A stretch of 64,000 bases of DNA from Polaromonas sp. (GTDB lineage Bacteria > Pseudomonadota > Gammaproteobacteria > Burkholderiales > Burkholderiaceae_C). Position 1 is the stretch's first letter. Each line of letters begins with the position of its first letter. The position numbers and the translations under genes are program-made. The DNA is taken from NCBI GenBank assembly GCA_031431335.1, contig JANPDG010000143.1, positions 608 to 64,607 of the forward strand, given 5' to 3'. The notes beneath the pieces were generated by a model. That model was not told where the DNA came from. It did no database searches and saw only the letters and a program-made list of their open reading frames with translations. Positions 49,193-59,047 of the stretch are shown in pieces.

Positions 49193-50524
49193 TTAGTCCA
49201 TAAACCTCAGTACATACAAAGCAATCATTGGGAAGAACAAGAGCAGCAGCGTGCGAATGGTGTCGCTGACCAGAAAGGGTATCACGCCTTTGTAGCTCTC
49301 AGCTATCGGCACAGCATCGCCCTTGCGTTTGGTCATGCCGTTAACGACATACACGTTAAGCCCCACAGGAGGCGCGAGCATGCCAAAGCCCACCGTCATT
49401 AGCACCATGATGCCAAACCAGATGGCTGTGTACTCTTTGCTCATGCCAAAGTCCAGCGCCATGATCATGGGGAAAAAGATAGGTACGGTGAGCAAAATCA
49501 TGCTCAGCTCGTCCATCACCGCGCCCAGCACCACATACAGCAGCATGATGCAGGCCACCACCATATACGGTGATAAGCCCCAAGTGCCCACCACCTGCGC
49601 CAGCTGCGCGGGCACTTGCGTGAGCGCGAGTGCGGCGTTCATCAAGTCGGCACCCAAGAAGATCAAAAAGATCATGGCCGAGCTCTCTGCGGTAGCATAA
49701 AAACAGTTTTTAAACTTCTCCCATGTCATTTCGCGTTTGAGCAAAGCAGCCACAAAAGTGGCAAACGCGCCCACTGCTGCGCCCTCGGTAGGCGTGAAAA
49801 ATCCGCCATAGATGCCGCCAAAAACAATGACGAAAATCGCGGCAATCGGCCCAATGCCGAGCAGGGCGCTGCCAATATTGTTTTTGGCCACCTCATCATG
49901 CTCGGGCGCATGACCGGGCACAACGCGCACGTAGATGGCAATCGCAATCATGTAGCCCAGCATGGCGATGATGCCCGGCACCATGGCTGCAGCAAATAGC
50001 TTGGCAATGTTTTGCTCGGTCAAAATAGCGTAGATCACCAGCGGCACAGACGGCGGGATCAAAATGCCCAGTGTGCCGCCAGCGGCTAGCGTGCCGGTAG
50101 TTAGGCGGCCCGAATAGCCGTGCTTGCGCATCTCGTCATAGGCCACATTGGTGATGGTGGCCGCCGTGGCCACTGACGATCCGCAAATTGCGCCAAAGGC
50201 TGCGCAGGCCAGCACCGCGCCCATCGCCAAGCCGCCCTTAAACCGGCCCATCACACCAGCGGCAAAGGCAAACAGTGCTTTGCTGATACCGCCTTGCGTG
50301 GCAAAGTGACCCATTAAGATAAACAGCGGAATGACCGACAGGTCGTAGCTGGCAAAGCGGGCGTAGGCCTGGCTATTTAAAAAATTGGCCAGAGGTGACC
50401 AGCCGGTTTGCAGCACATAGCCAACGGCCCCCGCCACAAACATACAGGCCGCAATCGGCACGCGCACGGCCATGAGCAGCAGCATGAGCCCAAAAATCAT
50501 CAAGGTGAGTTCAATACCGCTCAT
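49193..50524 (-). CDS. TRAP transporter large permease (DctM family)
   Basis: 443-aa polytopic membrane protein. Start overlaps the dctQ stop. Confidence 0.93.
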   Translation of the reverse strand: MSGIELTLMIFGLMLLLMAVRVPIAACMFVAGAVGYVLQTGWSPLANFLNSQAYARFASYDLSVIPLFILMGHFATQGGISKALFAFAAGVMGRFKGGLAMGAVLACAAFGAICGSSVATAATITNVAYDEMRKHGYSGRLTTGTLAAGGTLGILIPPSVPLVIYAILTEQNIAKLFAAAMVPGIIAMLGYMIAIAIYVRVVPGHAPEHDEVAKNNIGSALLGIGPIAAIFVIVFGGIYGGFFTPTEGAAVGAFATFVAALLKREMTWEKFKNCFYATAESSAMIFLIFLGADLMNAALALTQVPAQLAQVVGTWGLSPYMVVACIMLLYVVLGAVMDELSMILLTVPIFFPMIMALDFGMSKEYTAIWFGIMVLMTVGFGMLAPPVGLNVYVVNGMTKRKGDAVPIAESYKGVIPFLVSDTIRTLLLLFFPMIALYVLRFMD

Positions 50525-51018
50525 ACCGCCAGCTCCGGGTTGTCTTCAGAGGGCTCATCTGCAAAGCCACATACAGCTTGGTACAGCGCAATCAGCACCG
50601 TCAGTGCCAAGGGCGGCACCATGCCGATGTAGACGATCCACTCAGGCAAGCCCAGCATCATGGTGCCGCTCTGGGTAGTCCAAGCGTTAAGCCCGCCCAA
50701 GGTAGTGCGCCAGGTCATCAGCGCCATCACGCAGGCTAGCACCAGCGCGCCCAGTCGGTCCATCATGTCTTGCGCAGCTTTTGATGCTTTAGTGGTGAAA
50801 AAGTCCACCATAATATTTCCGCGCTTGAACTGGCACCACGGCATAAACAGCGCAATAGCAGCACCTGCAGCAGCGCCCGAGAGTTCAAAATCGCCGACGA
50901 TGGTTTTGCCTATCGTGTCACGGCCTATCACACTGATCACCGTCATCAGCGTGATAAATATCAGCAGTAAACCTGCTGCAATAGCGCAGAGCTTGGCCAG
51001 AGTTTGAAGGAGTCTCAC
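50521..51018 (-). CDS. TRAP transporter small permease (DctQ family)
   Basis: 165 aa, 4 TM. Immediately upstream of dctM with a 4-nt overlap. Confidence 0.9.
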   Translation of the reverse strand: MRLLQTLAKLCAIAAGLLLIFITLMTVISVIGRDTIGKTIVGDFELSGAAAGAAIALFMPWCQFKRGNIMVDFFTTKASKAAQDMMDRLGALVLACVMALMTWRTTLGGLNAWTTQSGTMMLGLPEWIVYIGMVPPLALTVLIALYQAVCGFADEPSEDNPELAV

Positions 51019-51060
51019 GCGCTTCCTTGTTAGATTGATTGATGTGGTGATGAATTAAAC

Positions 51061-51125
51061 ACTACTAAAATAATAGCTAACTATTTAATATCCACGTCGG
51101 AAAAGTGCCTAAAAAGTTATCTAAC
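51061..51125 (-). repeat. AT-rich ~65-bp interspersed repeat, copy I
   Basis: Minus strand: GTTAGATAACTTTTTAGGCACTTTTCCGACGTGGATATTAAATAGTTAGCTATTATTTTAGTAGTG. The left arm overlaps the stop codon of the FAH gene. Confidence 0.9.
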
Positions 51126-51812
51126 TAGCACTGTGATGCTCTGCAGACCCGCCACGCTGCCTAGCATCGTGTCGCCGCTCACCACTGCGCCCACACCCTC
51201 TGGCGTGCCGGTGTAGATCAAGTCGCCGGGCATCAGCTCCCATGCCTTGGACAAGTGCTCAATCGTCTCGGCCATGTTCCAAATCAGTTTGCTGACATTG
51301 CTGCGCTGGCGGTCAACGCCATTGACTTGCACAGACAGTTCAGCATTAATAATGTCACCTGCCTGCGCAGCAGGGGTGATGTGGCCAATCGGCGATGAAT
51401 GGTCAAAGGCTTTGCCAATGCACCATGGGCGGCCCGCTTTTTTCATCTCGCTTTGCAAGTCGCGGCGCGTCATGTCCAATCCCACAGCGTAGCCGAAGAT
51501 ATGCTTCATCGCATCAGCTGCCTTGATGTTTTTGCCACCCGTGCCAATGCATGCTACCAGCTCAATCTCGTGGTGGTAGTTTTGGGTCAAGCTAGGGTAG
51601 GGCACGCTACCTGTCTCGCCTGGGTTCACCACCACGATGGTGTTGGCAGGTTTTAAAAAGAAAAACGGCGGCTCACGGCCTGTAAAGCCCATTTCTTTGG
51701 CATGCTCTTCGTAATTGCGGCCAACGCAGTAAATACGGTTGACGGGAAAGCGCTCTGCGCGGCCCAACACGGGCACGCTCACGGTCGCTTGAGGGGTAAA
51801 AACATAGTTCAT
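51117..51812 (-). CDS. Fumarylacetoacetate hydrolase family protein (fumaryl-/maleylpyruvate hydrolase by context)
   Basis: 231 aa. Motifs YCVGRNYEEHAKEMG and HHEIELV are typical of the FAH fold. Start overlaps the gentisate dioxygenase stop. Confidence 0.85.
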   Translation of the reverse strand: MNYVFTPQATVSVPVLGRAERFPVNRIYCVGRNYEEHAKEMGFTGREPPFFFLKPANTIVVVNPGETGSVPYPSLTQNYHHEIELVACIGTGGKNIKAADAMKHIFGYAVGLDMTRRDLQSEMKKAGRPWCIGKAFDHSSPIGHITPAAQAGDIINAELSVQVNGVDRQRSNVSKLIWNMAETIEHLSKAWELMPGDLIYTGTPEGVGAVVSGDTMLGSVAGLQSITVLVR

Positions 51813-52900
51813 GCGGATAGCCTTTCTTCTCTGTAAATACCCAATGCTTCGTGCACAGGGCGGTCTGAATAACTAAATAGCACGCAGCCTGGCCTGCTTG
51901 CGAGCTGTAACGTGTGCCAAGAGGGCACCACGAAATGGTCACGCGGACCAAACTCAAATTGCACCGTGCCGTGGTGCGATGTGATCTGAGCAGTACCCGC
52001 ACCTTCGACCACGCTGAACACTGCGCCATCGGTTTGGCGGTACGGCTTGCCACTAAAGGCTGCTGGCAGTCGCTGCATAAACGTGCCCATGGTGGGCATG
52101 GCATAGCCGCCAGTGAGCGGATGGGTGTAGCGCAGCTTGATGCCATCCCAGTGGTCTATGGGTGCAGATTGCTCTAGGTGGTGCAGCGCCTCGCGGGTGC
52201 GGGTGTAGGGGTAGCTAAAGATCGGGCTGGTTTTGCCGTAGGGCGATAGGCCGCGCACCGGTGCCATGTTGTGGCCGTAGCGCGCAAAGCTGGTGCCTTC
52301 GGGCGACTGTGGTGCTTGAGATTTGGTAGCGTCGTTTTCTGCAAACCCTGCGTCAAAAAAGCGCAGCATCGGTATGTCTAGGCCGTCTAACCACACCATG
52401 GGGTCGGTGCCGCTGTGTCCGTGATCGTGCCACGCCATTGACGGTGTAGTAATAAAGTCGCCTGGCTGCATGGTAGTGCGCTCACCGTCTACAGCTGTGT
52501 ACGCGCCAGAGCCTTCCACAATAAAGCGCAGTGCAGACTGAGTGTGGCGGTGACTCGGTGCCACTTCGCCGGGCAAGATTAATTGCAAACCAGCGTACAA
52601 AGACTGCGTGATGCAGCTTTGGCCACGCAGGGCGGGGTTTTCTAATATCAACACCCGCCGGATTGCCTCTTCGGCCGTGATGGCTGCGCCCGCGCGCATG
52701 AGGAACGGGCGCACATCCGCATACTTCCACAGTGCAGCGACGCACGGTGTCACAGGCTGCTGCGGCACCAGCGCGTGCAACACCTCCCACAGCGGGGTGA
52801 GGTGGCGTGGCGACATATCAGCGTAGAGCTGAGCGCGGTCGGGGTGCTGCGGTGTGGTCATGGTGGTCTGGTTACTCAATTTTGATACCGCGTGTGTCAA
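51809..52900 (-). CDS. Gentisate 1,2-dioxygenase
   Basis: Bicupin. PGEVAPSHRHTQSALRFIVEGSGAYTAVDGERTTMQPGDFITTPSMAWHDH is typical of gentisate dioxygenases. Alternative ATG at 52861 would remove the overlap with the upstream gene. Confidence 0.88.
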   Translation of the reverse strand: MTHAVSKLSNQTTMTTPQHPDRAQLYADMSPRHLTPLWEVLHALVPQQPVTPCVAALWKYADVRPFLMRAGAAITAEEAIRRVLILENPALRGQSCITQSLYAGLQLILPGEVAPSHRHTQSALRFIVEGSGAYTAVDGERTTMQPGDFITTPSMAWHDHGHSGTDPMVWLDGLDIPMLRFFDAGFAENDATKSQAPQSPEGTSFARYGHNMAPVRGLSPYGKTSPIFSYPYTRTREALHHLEQSAPIDHWDGIKLRYTHPLTGGYAMPTMGTFMQRLPAAFSGKPYRQTDGAVFSVVEGAGTAQITSHHGTVQFEFGPRDHFVVPSWHTLQLASRPGCVLFSYSDRPVHEALGIYREERLSA

Positions 52901-53867
52901 TAATGCCCTTCATGATGGCAGTTTCAGATTTGACGCGGTTTTGCAGGCCCTCGGGGGACGAGCCCACAGCTTGCCAGCCTTGGTTAAACAGCTTTTGGCG
53001 CGTGTCGACTTCACGGATCGCTTTACCCACTTCAACAGCCAGCTTGGCTTTGGCGGCAGGTGACAAGTTGGCTGGGCCGACCAGCGCTGTCCAGACTTCT
53101 AAATTAAAGTCAGCTACCCCCGCCTCGGCCAGTGAGGGAAGGTCAGCCAATAGTGTGCTGCGCCCACCTGTCACGCCAATGGCTTTGAGCTTGCCTGCGC
53201 GCACCTGCGGCATGGCCACGCCCGGTGCCATCAATGCCACTTGCACTTGGCCTCCCAGCATGGCAGTGGCCACCTGTGGGTAGCCGGGGTAGGGCACATG
53301 CACTGGGTTTAAGCCGCTGACTTTGGTTTTAAGGTATTCCATGCCCAAGTGGCCCACGGTGCCATTACCGGGGCTGCCGTAGTTCCATTTGTCAGCGCCA
53401 GCGCGCGCAACGTTAAAAAATTCTGAGCCGCCGGGCTGGTTAGGCGTGGTCACTAACACCAGCGGCGACGTGGCCATGAGTGAGATGTAAGTGAAATCTT
53501 TGGCTGGGTCATAAGGCAGCTTGCTGTAGAGCATTTTGGCCGATGTCAGGTTGCCATTGATGACTACGCCAATGGTGTGATCGTCAGTGGCCTTGGCCAC
53601 CAAGTCAGCGGCAATATTGCCTGATGCACCCGGTTTGTTTTCAATCACGATGGGTTGCCCCAGCGCTTTGGACAAGGGCTCGGCTAAAGTTCGTGCAGCC
53701 ATATCGGGGGTGGTGCCGCCCGGAAAGCCGACAATGATTTTGACCGGCTTAGTGGGCCAGTTCTCAAGAGGCGCTTTGGCGGCCTTTTGGGCCATCGCAC
53801 CGATGGGCAGCGCGCAAGTTACTGCAAGCATGGTCGTAGAAAAAATTGCTGTGCTGCGAAAGATCAT
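52872..53867 (-). CDS. Tripartite tricarboxylate transporter substrate-binding protein (Bug/TctC family)
   Basis: Signal peptide then WPTKPVKIIVGFPGGTTPDMAAR...GASGNIAADLVAK, the Bug family signature. 331 aa. Confidence 0.92.
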   Translation of the reverse strand: MIFRSTAIFSTTMLAVTCALPIGAMAQKAAKAPLENWPTKPVKIIVGFPGGTTPDMAARTLAEPLSKALGQPIVIENKPGASGNIAADLVAKATDDHTIGVVINGNLTSAKMLYSKLPYDPAKDFTYISLMATSPLVLVTTPNQPGGSEFFNVARAGADKWNYGSPGNGTVGHLGMEYLKTKVSGLNPVHVPYPGYPQVATAMLGGQVQVALMAPGVAMPQVRAGKLKAIGVTGGRSTLLADLPSLAEAGVADFNLEVWTALVGPANLSPAAKAKLAVEVGKAIREVDTRQKLFNQGWQAVGSSPEGLQNRVKSETAIMKGIIDTRGIKIE

Positions 53868-53917
53868 GAAATTCCTTAAAGGCAGGGTGAAATATGAAAA
53901 CCTAGAGCGTACCTTAT

Positions 53918-55165
53918 CTAGGTGCCCAGTTGTTTTCCTGCGCCATGGGATTGGACGTTTTCACTCTCAAACATGCTGTCGGGGTCGATGCCTTCATACA
54001 TCCATTTGAGCCCGGCAAACCCCGTACTCTCTTGGCCGCTTTGGAACAAAGCGTTGCGTAGTTCGCGGGTTGCGCCGCTGGCGTGGTAAATATCGCCGTA
54101 CAAGCGGGCGGTCAGTTGCACCCGGGCAGTGCGCAGGTAGCGCTTGTCTTGGTAGGCCAGAAACGCTGCTGCAAAGTCGCCTTGGCAATGCTCTAGCGCT
54201 TTGCCCAGCACCACGGCATCCTCAATAGCCTGGCCTGCGCCTTGGGCTAAATACTGCAGCATGGGGTGCGCCGCATCGCCCAGTAGCGTGACACGGCCCT
54301 GGCTCCAGTTTTTCACCGGCTCGCGGTCGCACAGCACCCACATTTTCCAAGCGTTGATTTTGGCTAACAAAGCTCTGACCGTAGGGTGCGCGTCTTTGAA
54401 GCGCTCAGTCAGCTCGCTGGTATCGCCAAAGGTGTCCCAGCCCTCGTCGTATTTGTGGCTGTGAAAGACCGCTACCAAGTTGAACAACTCGCCTCGGCGC
54501 AGTGGGTAAGTCACCAGATGGGTTTTTTCTCCGCCCCACAGTTGCACTTCATCACTCCACAGCTCGGGCGGGACATCTTCCTTTTTGAGTACAGCGCGGT
54601 AGGCGATATGGCCACTTACGCGGGGCTTGCCGTCACCCACAATGGCTTCGCGAATTTTGCTCCACAGGCCATCTGCACCGATCAGGGCTGCGCCCAGCAA
54701 GGTTTCGCCGCCAGCCAGCTTGACAGTGACGCTGCTGGTATTTTGGCTGAACGACTCAAACTTGGCATTGGTACGCAGCGAGATGCCCGCTTCTGCACGG
54801 CAAGCGTTTAGCAGCGCGTCGTGCAAATCTTTGCGGTAGATCACCCCATAGGCAAATCCGCCGTAGGCCGCACGCGCTGCATCACCCATTTGCACGCACA
54901 CCACTTGCTCGCCCGTGCGCACATCGCGCATGCCCATCGCGGGCGGAAAATAAGCCTGTTGGTTAATCTGCTCTGTCAGACCCAGGCGAGCGAGCATTTT
55001 GAAAATATTAGGCCCTAGCTGAATGCCCGCCCCAATCTCGCCAAACTCACTGGCTTGCTCCAGCACAGTGACTGTGTGGCCTGATCGCGCTAGAACCAAG
55101 GCCGCAGCCAAACCGCCAATACCTCCGCCGGAGATCAAAATAGGATGTGAGCTTGTATGTAGCAT
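53918..55165 (-). CDS. FAD-dependent monooxygenase, 3-hydroxybenzoate 6-hydroxylase-like
   Basis: ILISGGGIGGLAAALVLA FAD motif and LLGDAAHPMLQYLAQGAGQAIEDA. Context with gentisate dioxygenase. ATG at 55165 preferred. Confidence 0.85.
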   Translation of the reverse strand: MLHTSSHPILISGGGIGGLAAALVLARSGHTVTVLEQASEFGEIGAGIQLGPNIFKMLARLGLTEQINQQAYFPPAMGMRDVRTGEQVVCVQMGDAARAAYGGFAYGVIYRKDLHDALLNACRAEAGISLRTNAKFESFSQNTSSVTVKLAGGETLLGAALIGADGLWSKIREAIVGDGKPRVSGHIAYRAVLKKEDVPPELWSDEVQLWGGEKTHLVTYPLRRGELFNLVAVFHSHKYDEGWDTFGDTSELTERFKDAHPTVRALLAKINAWKMWVLCDREPVKNWSQGRVTLLGDAAHPMLQYLAQGAGQAIEDAVVLGKALEHCQGDFAAAFLAYQDKRYLRTARVQLTARLYGDIYHASGATRELRNALFQSGQESTGFAGLKWMYEGIDPDSMFESENVQSHGAGKQLGT

Positions 55166-55256
55166 GATGCAGATAATAAGTATACATATCATTCGCATGC
55201 ATAGTACTTACCCTAGAGTGTCAATCCATGAACATCACCGTACACTTCCAACTGAT

Positions 55257-55688
55257 ATGCCAAGTTTTGATTTCACCCATGCGCCAGGCCATTTAATTCG
55301 GCGTGCGCACCAAGTCTCGATAGCGCTGTTCACGCAGGAGTTGGCTTCGTTTGACGTCACGGCAGTGCAATTTGCTATTTTGCAAACCTTGCTGGATTCC
55401 CCAGGCGCCGACCAAATTACTGTGGCGCAACACGTGGCTTTTGACGCAGCAACCTCAGGCTCAGTGATTGGCCGATTAGAGGCGCGGGGTTGGCTGCGCC
55501 GTGAGGCTGATACCTTAGACAAACGGCGCAAACTGTTGTGGCTGACGGCCGAAGGCAGAAAAGCTGCTTTGCAAATGAAAAAACCGGTCGAAAAAGTGCA
55601 ATCCAAATTATTGGCGGCGCTAAGTACCGCAGAGCAAAAGCAGTTGATAGACTTACTACAAAAAATCAGCACAGTGCAAAGCGTGTAA
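55257..55688 (+). CDS. MarR family transcriptional regulator
   Basis: PGHLIRRAHQVSIALFTQEL...VTAVQFAILQTL...DKRRKLLWLTAEG winged-helix pattern. Divergent from the gentisate cluster. The track ORF from 55023 is over-extended. Confidence 0.88.
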   Translation: MPSFDFTHAPGHLIRRAHQVSIALFTQELASFDVTAVQFAILQTLLDSPGADQITVAQHVAFDAATSGSVIGRLEARGWLRREADTLDKRRKLLWLTAEGRKAALQMKKPVEKVQSKLLAALSTAEQKQLIDLLQKISTVQSV

Positions 55689-55894
55689 CTTGTGCGACGC
55701 TTCCTTGCAGAACCCTGAAGCCTCACTGCTTGTCAGTCTATCTCAAGGGTAAACCCCGTGGGTCTGTAGCAGATGCGGTTCCTAAAATTCACCTTGACTA
55801 AAACAAGTCCTCATCTCAGGCCAATCCGCTTGAAGATGGGTTGTTCAACCGGGCTCGAGATACACATCAACCAGCCCAATCGGAGATAGACAAG

Positions 55895-56977
55895 ATGGAT
55901 CGTCGTTCCCTAATTAAAAACGCTGGCATTGCTGGCGTGCTGGCAGCTGGCGCTGCTCCTGCAATAGTTCAAGCCCAAGCCGCAGTGCGCTGGCGTTTGT
56001 CGTCGAGCTTTCCTAAAGCGCTCGACACCATCTTTGGCGCTGCTGAAGTGTTCTCCAAAAAAGTCAAGGAAATGTCTGGCGGCAAGTTTGAGATCTCTGT
56101 CCACGCGGGCGGCGAGATCACTCCACCGTTTGGCGTGGTAGATGCTGTTCAGCAAGGCTCAATCGAGTGCGCGCACACAGCCCCTTACTACTTCTTCGGC
56201 AAGAACGAGGCGTTTGCTCTGGGTTGTGCCATTCCGTTTGGCCTGAACAGCCGCCAGATGACTGCTTGGATGTACGAAGGCAACGGCATGAAGCTGATGC
56301 GCGAGTTCTACGCTAAGTACAACATGGTGAACTTCCCGATGGGTAACACCGGTGCGCAGATGGGCGGCTGGTACCGCAAAGAGATCAAGTCCGCTAAAGA
56401 CATTAAAGGCCTGAAGATGCGCATCGGCGGCTTCGCAGGCAAAGTGTTTGAGCGTATGGGCGGCGTGCCACAAAACATACCTGGCGGCGAGATTTACTCG
56501 GCCCTCGAAAAAGGCACCATCGACGCAGCAGAGTGGGTAGGGCCGTACGACGACCAGAAGCTGGGCTTCAACAAGGTCGCTCCGTTCTACTACTACCCAG
56601 GTTGGTGGGAGGGTGGCCCTCAGTTGGATCTGTTTGTTAACGACAAGGCTTACAACGCATTGTCAGCAGAGAACAAAGCCATTGTGGAAGCCGCAGCCGC
56701 TGTAGCCCACACCGAGATGCAAGCGCGCTACGATGCCAAGAACCCAACCGCACTCAAGCAGTTGGTAGGTGCTGGCACCAAGCTGCGTCCGTTCTCTAAC
56801 GACGTGATGGCTCTGGCATTCAAAGAAGCCATGGCTCTGTACGAAGAACTCAATGCGAAGAACGAAGACTGGAAGAAGATTTACGCTGACTACAGCAAGT
56901 TCCGCGCAGATTCCAACCTGTGGTTCCGCTTCACCGAAGCCAAGTTCGACAGCTTCATGCAGTCACAAAAGCTGTAA
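55895..56977 (+). CDS. TRAP transporter substrate-binding protein with Tat-type signal
   Basis: GGAGATAG RBS and MDRRSLIKNAGIAGVLAAGAAPAIVQA. About 360 aa. Confidence 0.9.
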   Translation: MDRRSLIKNAGIAGVLAAGAAPAIVQAQAAVRWRLSSSFPKALDTIFGAAEVFSKKVKEMSGGKFEISVHAGGEITPPFGVVDAVQQGSIECAHTAPYYFFGKNEAFALGCAIPFGLNSRQMTAWMYEGNGMKLMREFYAKYNMVNFPMGNTGAQMGGWYRKEIKSAKDIKGLKMRIGGFAGKVFERMGGVPQNIPGGEIYSALEKGTIDAAEWVGPYDDQKLGFNKVAPFYYYPGWWEGGPQLDLFVNDKAYNALSAENKAIVEAAAAVAHTEMQARYDAKNPTALKQLVGAGTKLRPFSNDVMALAFKEAMALYEELNAKNEDWKKIYADYSKFRADSNLWFRFTEAKFDSFMQSQKL

Positions 56978-57020
56978 CGCAGTGCTGCTTGAAAAAGCAG
57001 CTTCGCATCAGTTTTCAAAA

Positions 57021-57041
57021 GCCGCCCTCGGGCGGCTTTTT
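57021..57041. terminator. Rho-independent terminator between convergent genes
   Basis: AAAAGCCGCC-CTCG-GGCGGCTTTTT. Confidence 0.85.
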
Positions 57042-57052
57042 GCGTTTGACAG

Positions 57053-58306
57053 TCACATAGCGCAGGTTCTGAATCCCCAGAACCCACTGTCCATCTGCGG
57101 TGCAGCGAACCCGCGAAACGTGGGCTGCTTCATTCGGGCGCGGGTGGCAAACGAGCCGCCGCGCAAGACCTTGCACTGGCCAAAGCTCTTGGTGCTGTAG
57201 GTGTGCCACGGCCCGGCTTCAAAGCCGGGGTAGGGGCTAAAGGTGTTGGCTGTCCATTCCCATACATCGCCCCAGCGAAAGCCTTGGCCCTGTGCGGTGC
57301 GCGCTGCGATTTCCCATTCCACCTCGGTGGCCAAGCGGCGGCCTGCCCAGTGGGCGTAGGCTTGGGCTTCAAACCATGTCATGTGCATGGCGCTGCTGTG
57401 GCCTGCTGCGCGCAGCGGCGTGCCAAAGCGCGTGAGCATCACCGCGCCACTGGCCACGCCTATCTGGTCGACAAAGCGCGGGCCTCGGCGGCCTTCTTGA
57501 TTGGCGGTGTCTTGCAGCCACAGCCAACCCTGGGGCGACCAGTGCGCGGCATCGTCATAGCCCCCATCGTCAATAAACTCGACATACTGCGCCCAGCTGA
57601 TGGGCTGCGCATCGATTTCAAACTCTGGCACAGCCACTTCGTGGCGCGCACGCTCGTTGTCCCATGCAAAGCCGCCGCCCGCTGCGCCTAGCTGCCAACG
57701 CGTGGCGGGCAGCAGCAAGGGCGCGCGCGGTGTCCATGTAGGGCTTGTGGGCATGGTGATTTTCAGACCCAAAGCTTGCGCGAGGACGGCAAACTGCTCA
57801 CCAATCTGGTCTTCGCGAGACAGGGCCAGCCGGTAAAAATACAGCGCAGCATCGCTGTCATCGGTTTTCTCTAGCAGCTCTAGTGTGGTCTCTAGGGTTT
57901 CTAGCAGATAGGCTTTGATGGTGCCGAGATCGGGGTAGCTCTGCAGCCAGCGCTCAGACCGTGTGGCCAGAGCAGGGTTCCAAAGCATATCGGCGCGGGG
58001 CTCGATGGAGGCCAGGCGCAGACTCTGTGCGGGGCACAGCGACCCCAGGCTGCGCTGCGCATTGCGGCCAATCCACCATTCTTGAAACCAACCCACATAG
58101 CCTAATAGCCAGAGCGGCGGCAGAGCCTGTGCAACGTGGGGCACGCTCAGGTCGTTAGCAAAACGCTGCTGAGGGATTGCGCTTTCAAACTGTCCCATGA
58201 GGTGCAGGGTATGGTTGCGCGCATCCATCAAAGCCAATGAGAGCACTTCACGCCCCGCTTGGCGCGTGGTGATGGTGTCGATAGACGGCGGGGTGCGAAT
58301 CAGCAT
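57053..58306 (-). CDS. SUMF1/EgtB/PvdO-family non-heme iron enzyme (DinB-like N-terminus plus FGE-sulfatase-like C-terminus)
   Basis: 417 aa. C-terminal WEWTANTF...RGGSFATR is typical of the FGE/EgtB fold. N-terminal His-containing DinB-like region (ARNHTLHLM). Confidence 0.8.
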   Translation of the reverse strand: MLIRTPPSIDTITTRQAGREVLSLALMDARNHTLHLMGQFESAIPQQRFANDLSVPHVAQALPPLWLLGYVGWFQEWWIGRNAQRSLGSLCPAQSLRLASIEPRADMLWNPALATRSERWLQSYPDLGTIKAYLLETLETTLELLEKTDDSDAALYFYRLALSREDQIGEQFAVLAQALGLKITMPTSPTWTPRAPLLLPATRWQLGAAGGGFAWDNERARHEVAVPEFEIDAQPISWAQYVEFIDDGGYDDAAHWSPQGWLWLQDTANQEGRRGPRFVDQIGVASGAVMLTRFGTPLRAAGHSSAMHMTWFEAQAYAHWAGRRLATEVEWEIAARTAQGQGFRWGDVWEWTANTFSPYPGFEAGPWHTYSTKSFGQCKVLRGGSFATRARMKQPTFRGFAAPQMDSGFWGFRTCAM

Positions 58307-58450
58307 CAGCCATTATCGCGCGTGCACCGGGAAAGTGCTCGTTGCACGGCTTTGGAGTTTAGGGTTAACCCGGCAGTGATCTGTCAGGCTTTTGCCAGTG
58401 CAAGCGACGAGTCTTTGCGACAATACACTTATAAATTATTGGAGCACACC

Positions 58451-58990
58451 ATGTCTGTACTTTTAAAGTTTGCCCTTGCGGTGGACTGGATCAACGAACG
58501 GTTTAGTAAGCTGGCAGCTTGGGCGGTGTTTATCTCCGCGATGATTTGTGCAGGCAACGCCTTCATTCGCTACGGCTTTGACATGAGCTCCAACGGTTGG
58601 ATCGAGATCCAGTGGTATTTGTTTGCAGTCACCGTGATGCTGGGCGCGCCCTACGTGCTGAAAATGAACGAGCATGTGCGTGTTGACTTGGTCTACGGCA
58701 AACTCAAAGGCAATGGCCCCGTATATGTAGACCTGTTTGGCCTGATCTTCTTTTTGATGCCCGTGGTTATTGTGCTGCTTTACATGTGCGTGCCGTATTT
58801 TTACCAAGCCTTTTTGTCCAAAGAGATGAGCCAAAACGCTGGCGGCCTGATTCGCTGGCCTGCCATCTTGACGCTGCCAGTAGGCTTTGCATTGCTGTTG
58901 GCGCAGGGCGTATCAGAGATCATCAAGCGCGTGGCCTATTTGACCGGCAGCTACCAGATGGACACCCATTACGAGAAGCCGCTGCAGTAA
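58451..58990 (+). CDS. TRAP transporter small permease
   Basis: ATG at 58451 after GGAG, 4 TM, precedes the large permease. The track ORF from 58259 is over-extended. Confidence 0.88.
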   Translation: MSVLLKFALAVDWINERFSKLAAWAVFISAMICAGNAFIRYGFDMSSNGWIEIQWYLFAVTVMLGAPYVLKMNEHVRVDLVYGKLKGNGPVYVDLFGLIFFLMPVVIVLLYMCVPYFYQAFLSKEMSQNAGGLIRWPAILTLPVGFALLLAQGVSEIIKRVAYLTGSYQMDTHYEKPLQ

Positions 58991-59047
58991 GCAGCTACCT
59001 ACCTTCACACACAACAATACAACCTAACTTTTGAATAGAGTACCAAA

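Noticed and set aside
52861-52900. A 29-nt overlap between the Bug binding-protein gene end and the gentisate dioxygenase start
   Set aside because: It is probably an artefact of choosing the longest ORF. An in-frame ATG at 52861 removes the overlap, so it is not treated as a biological oddity.
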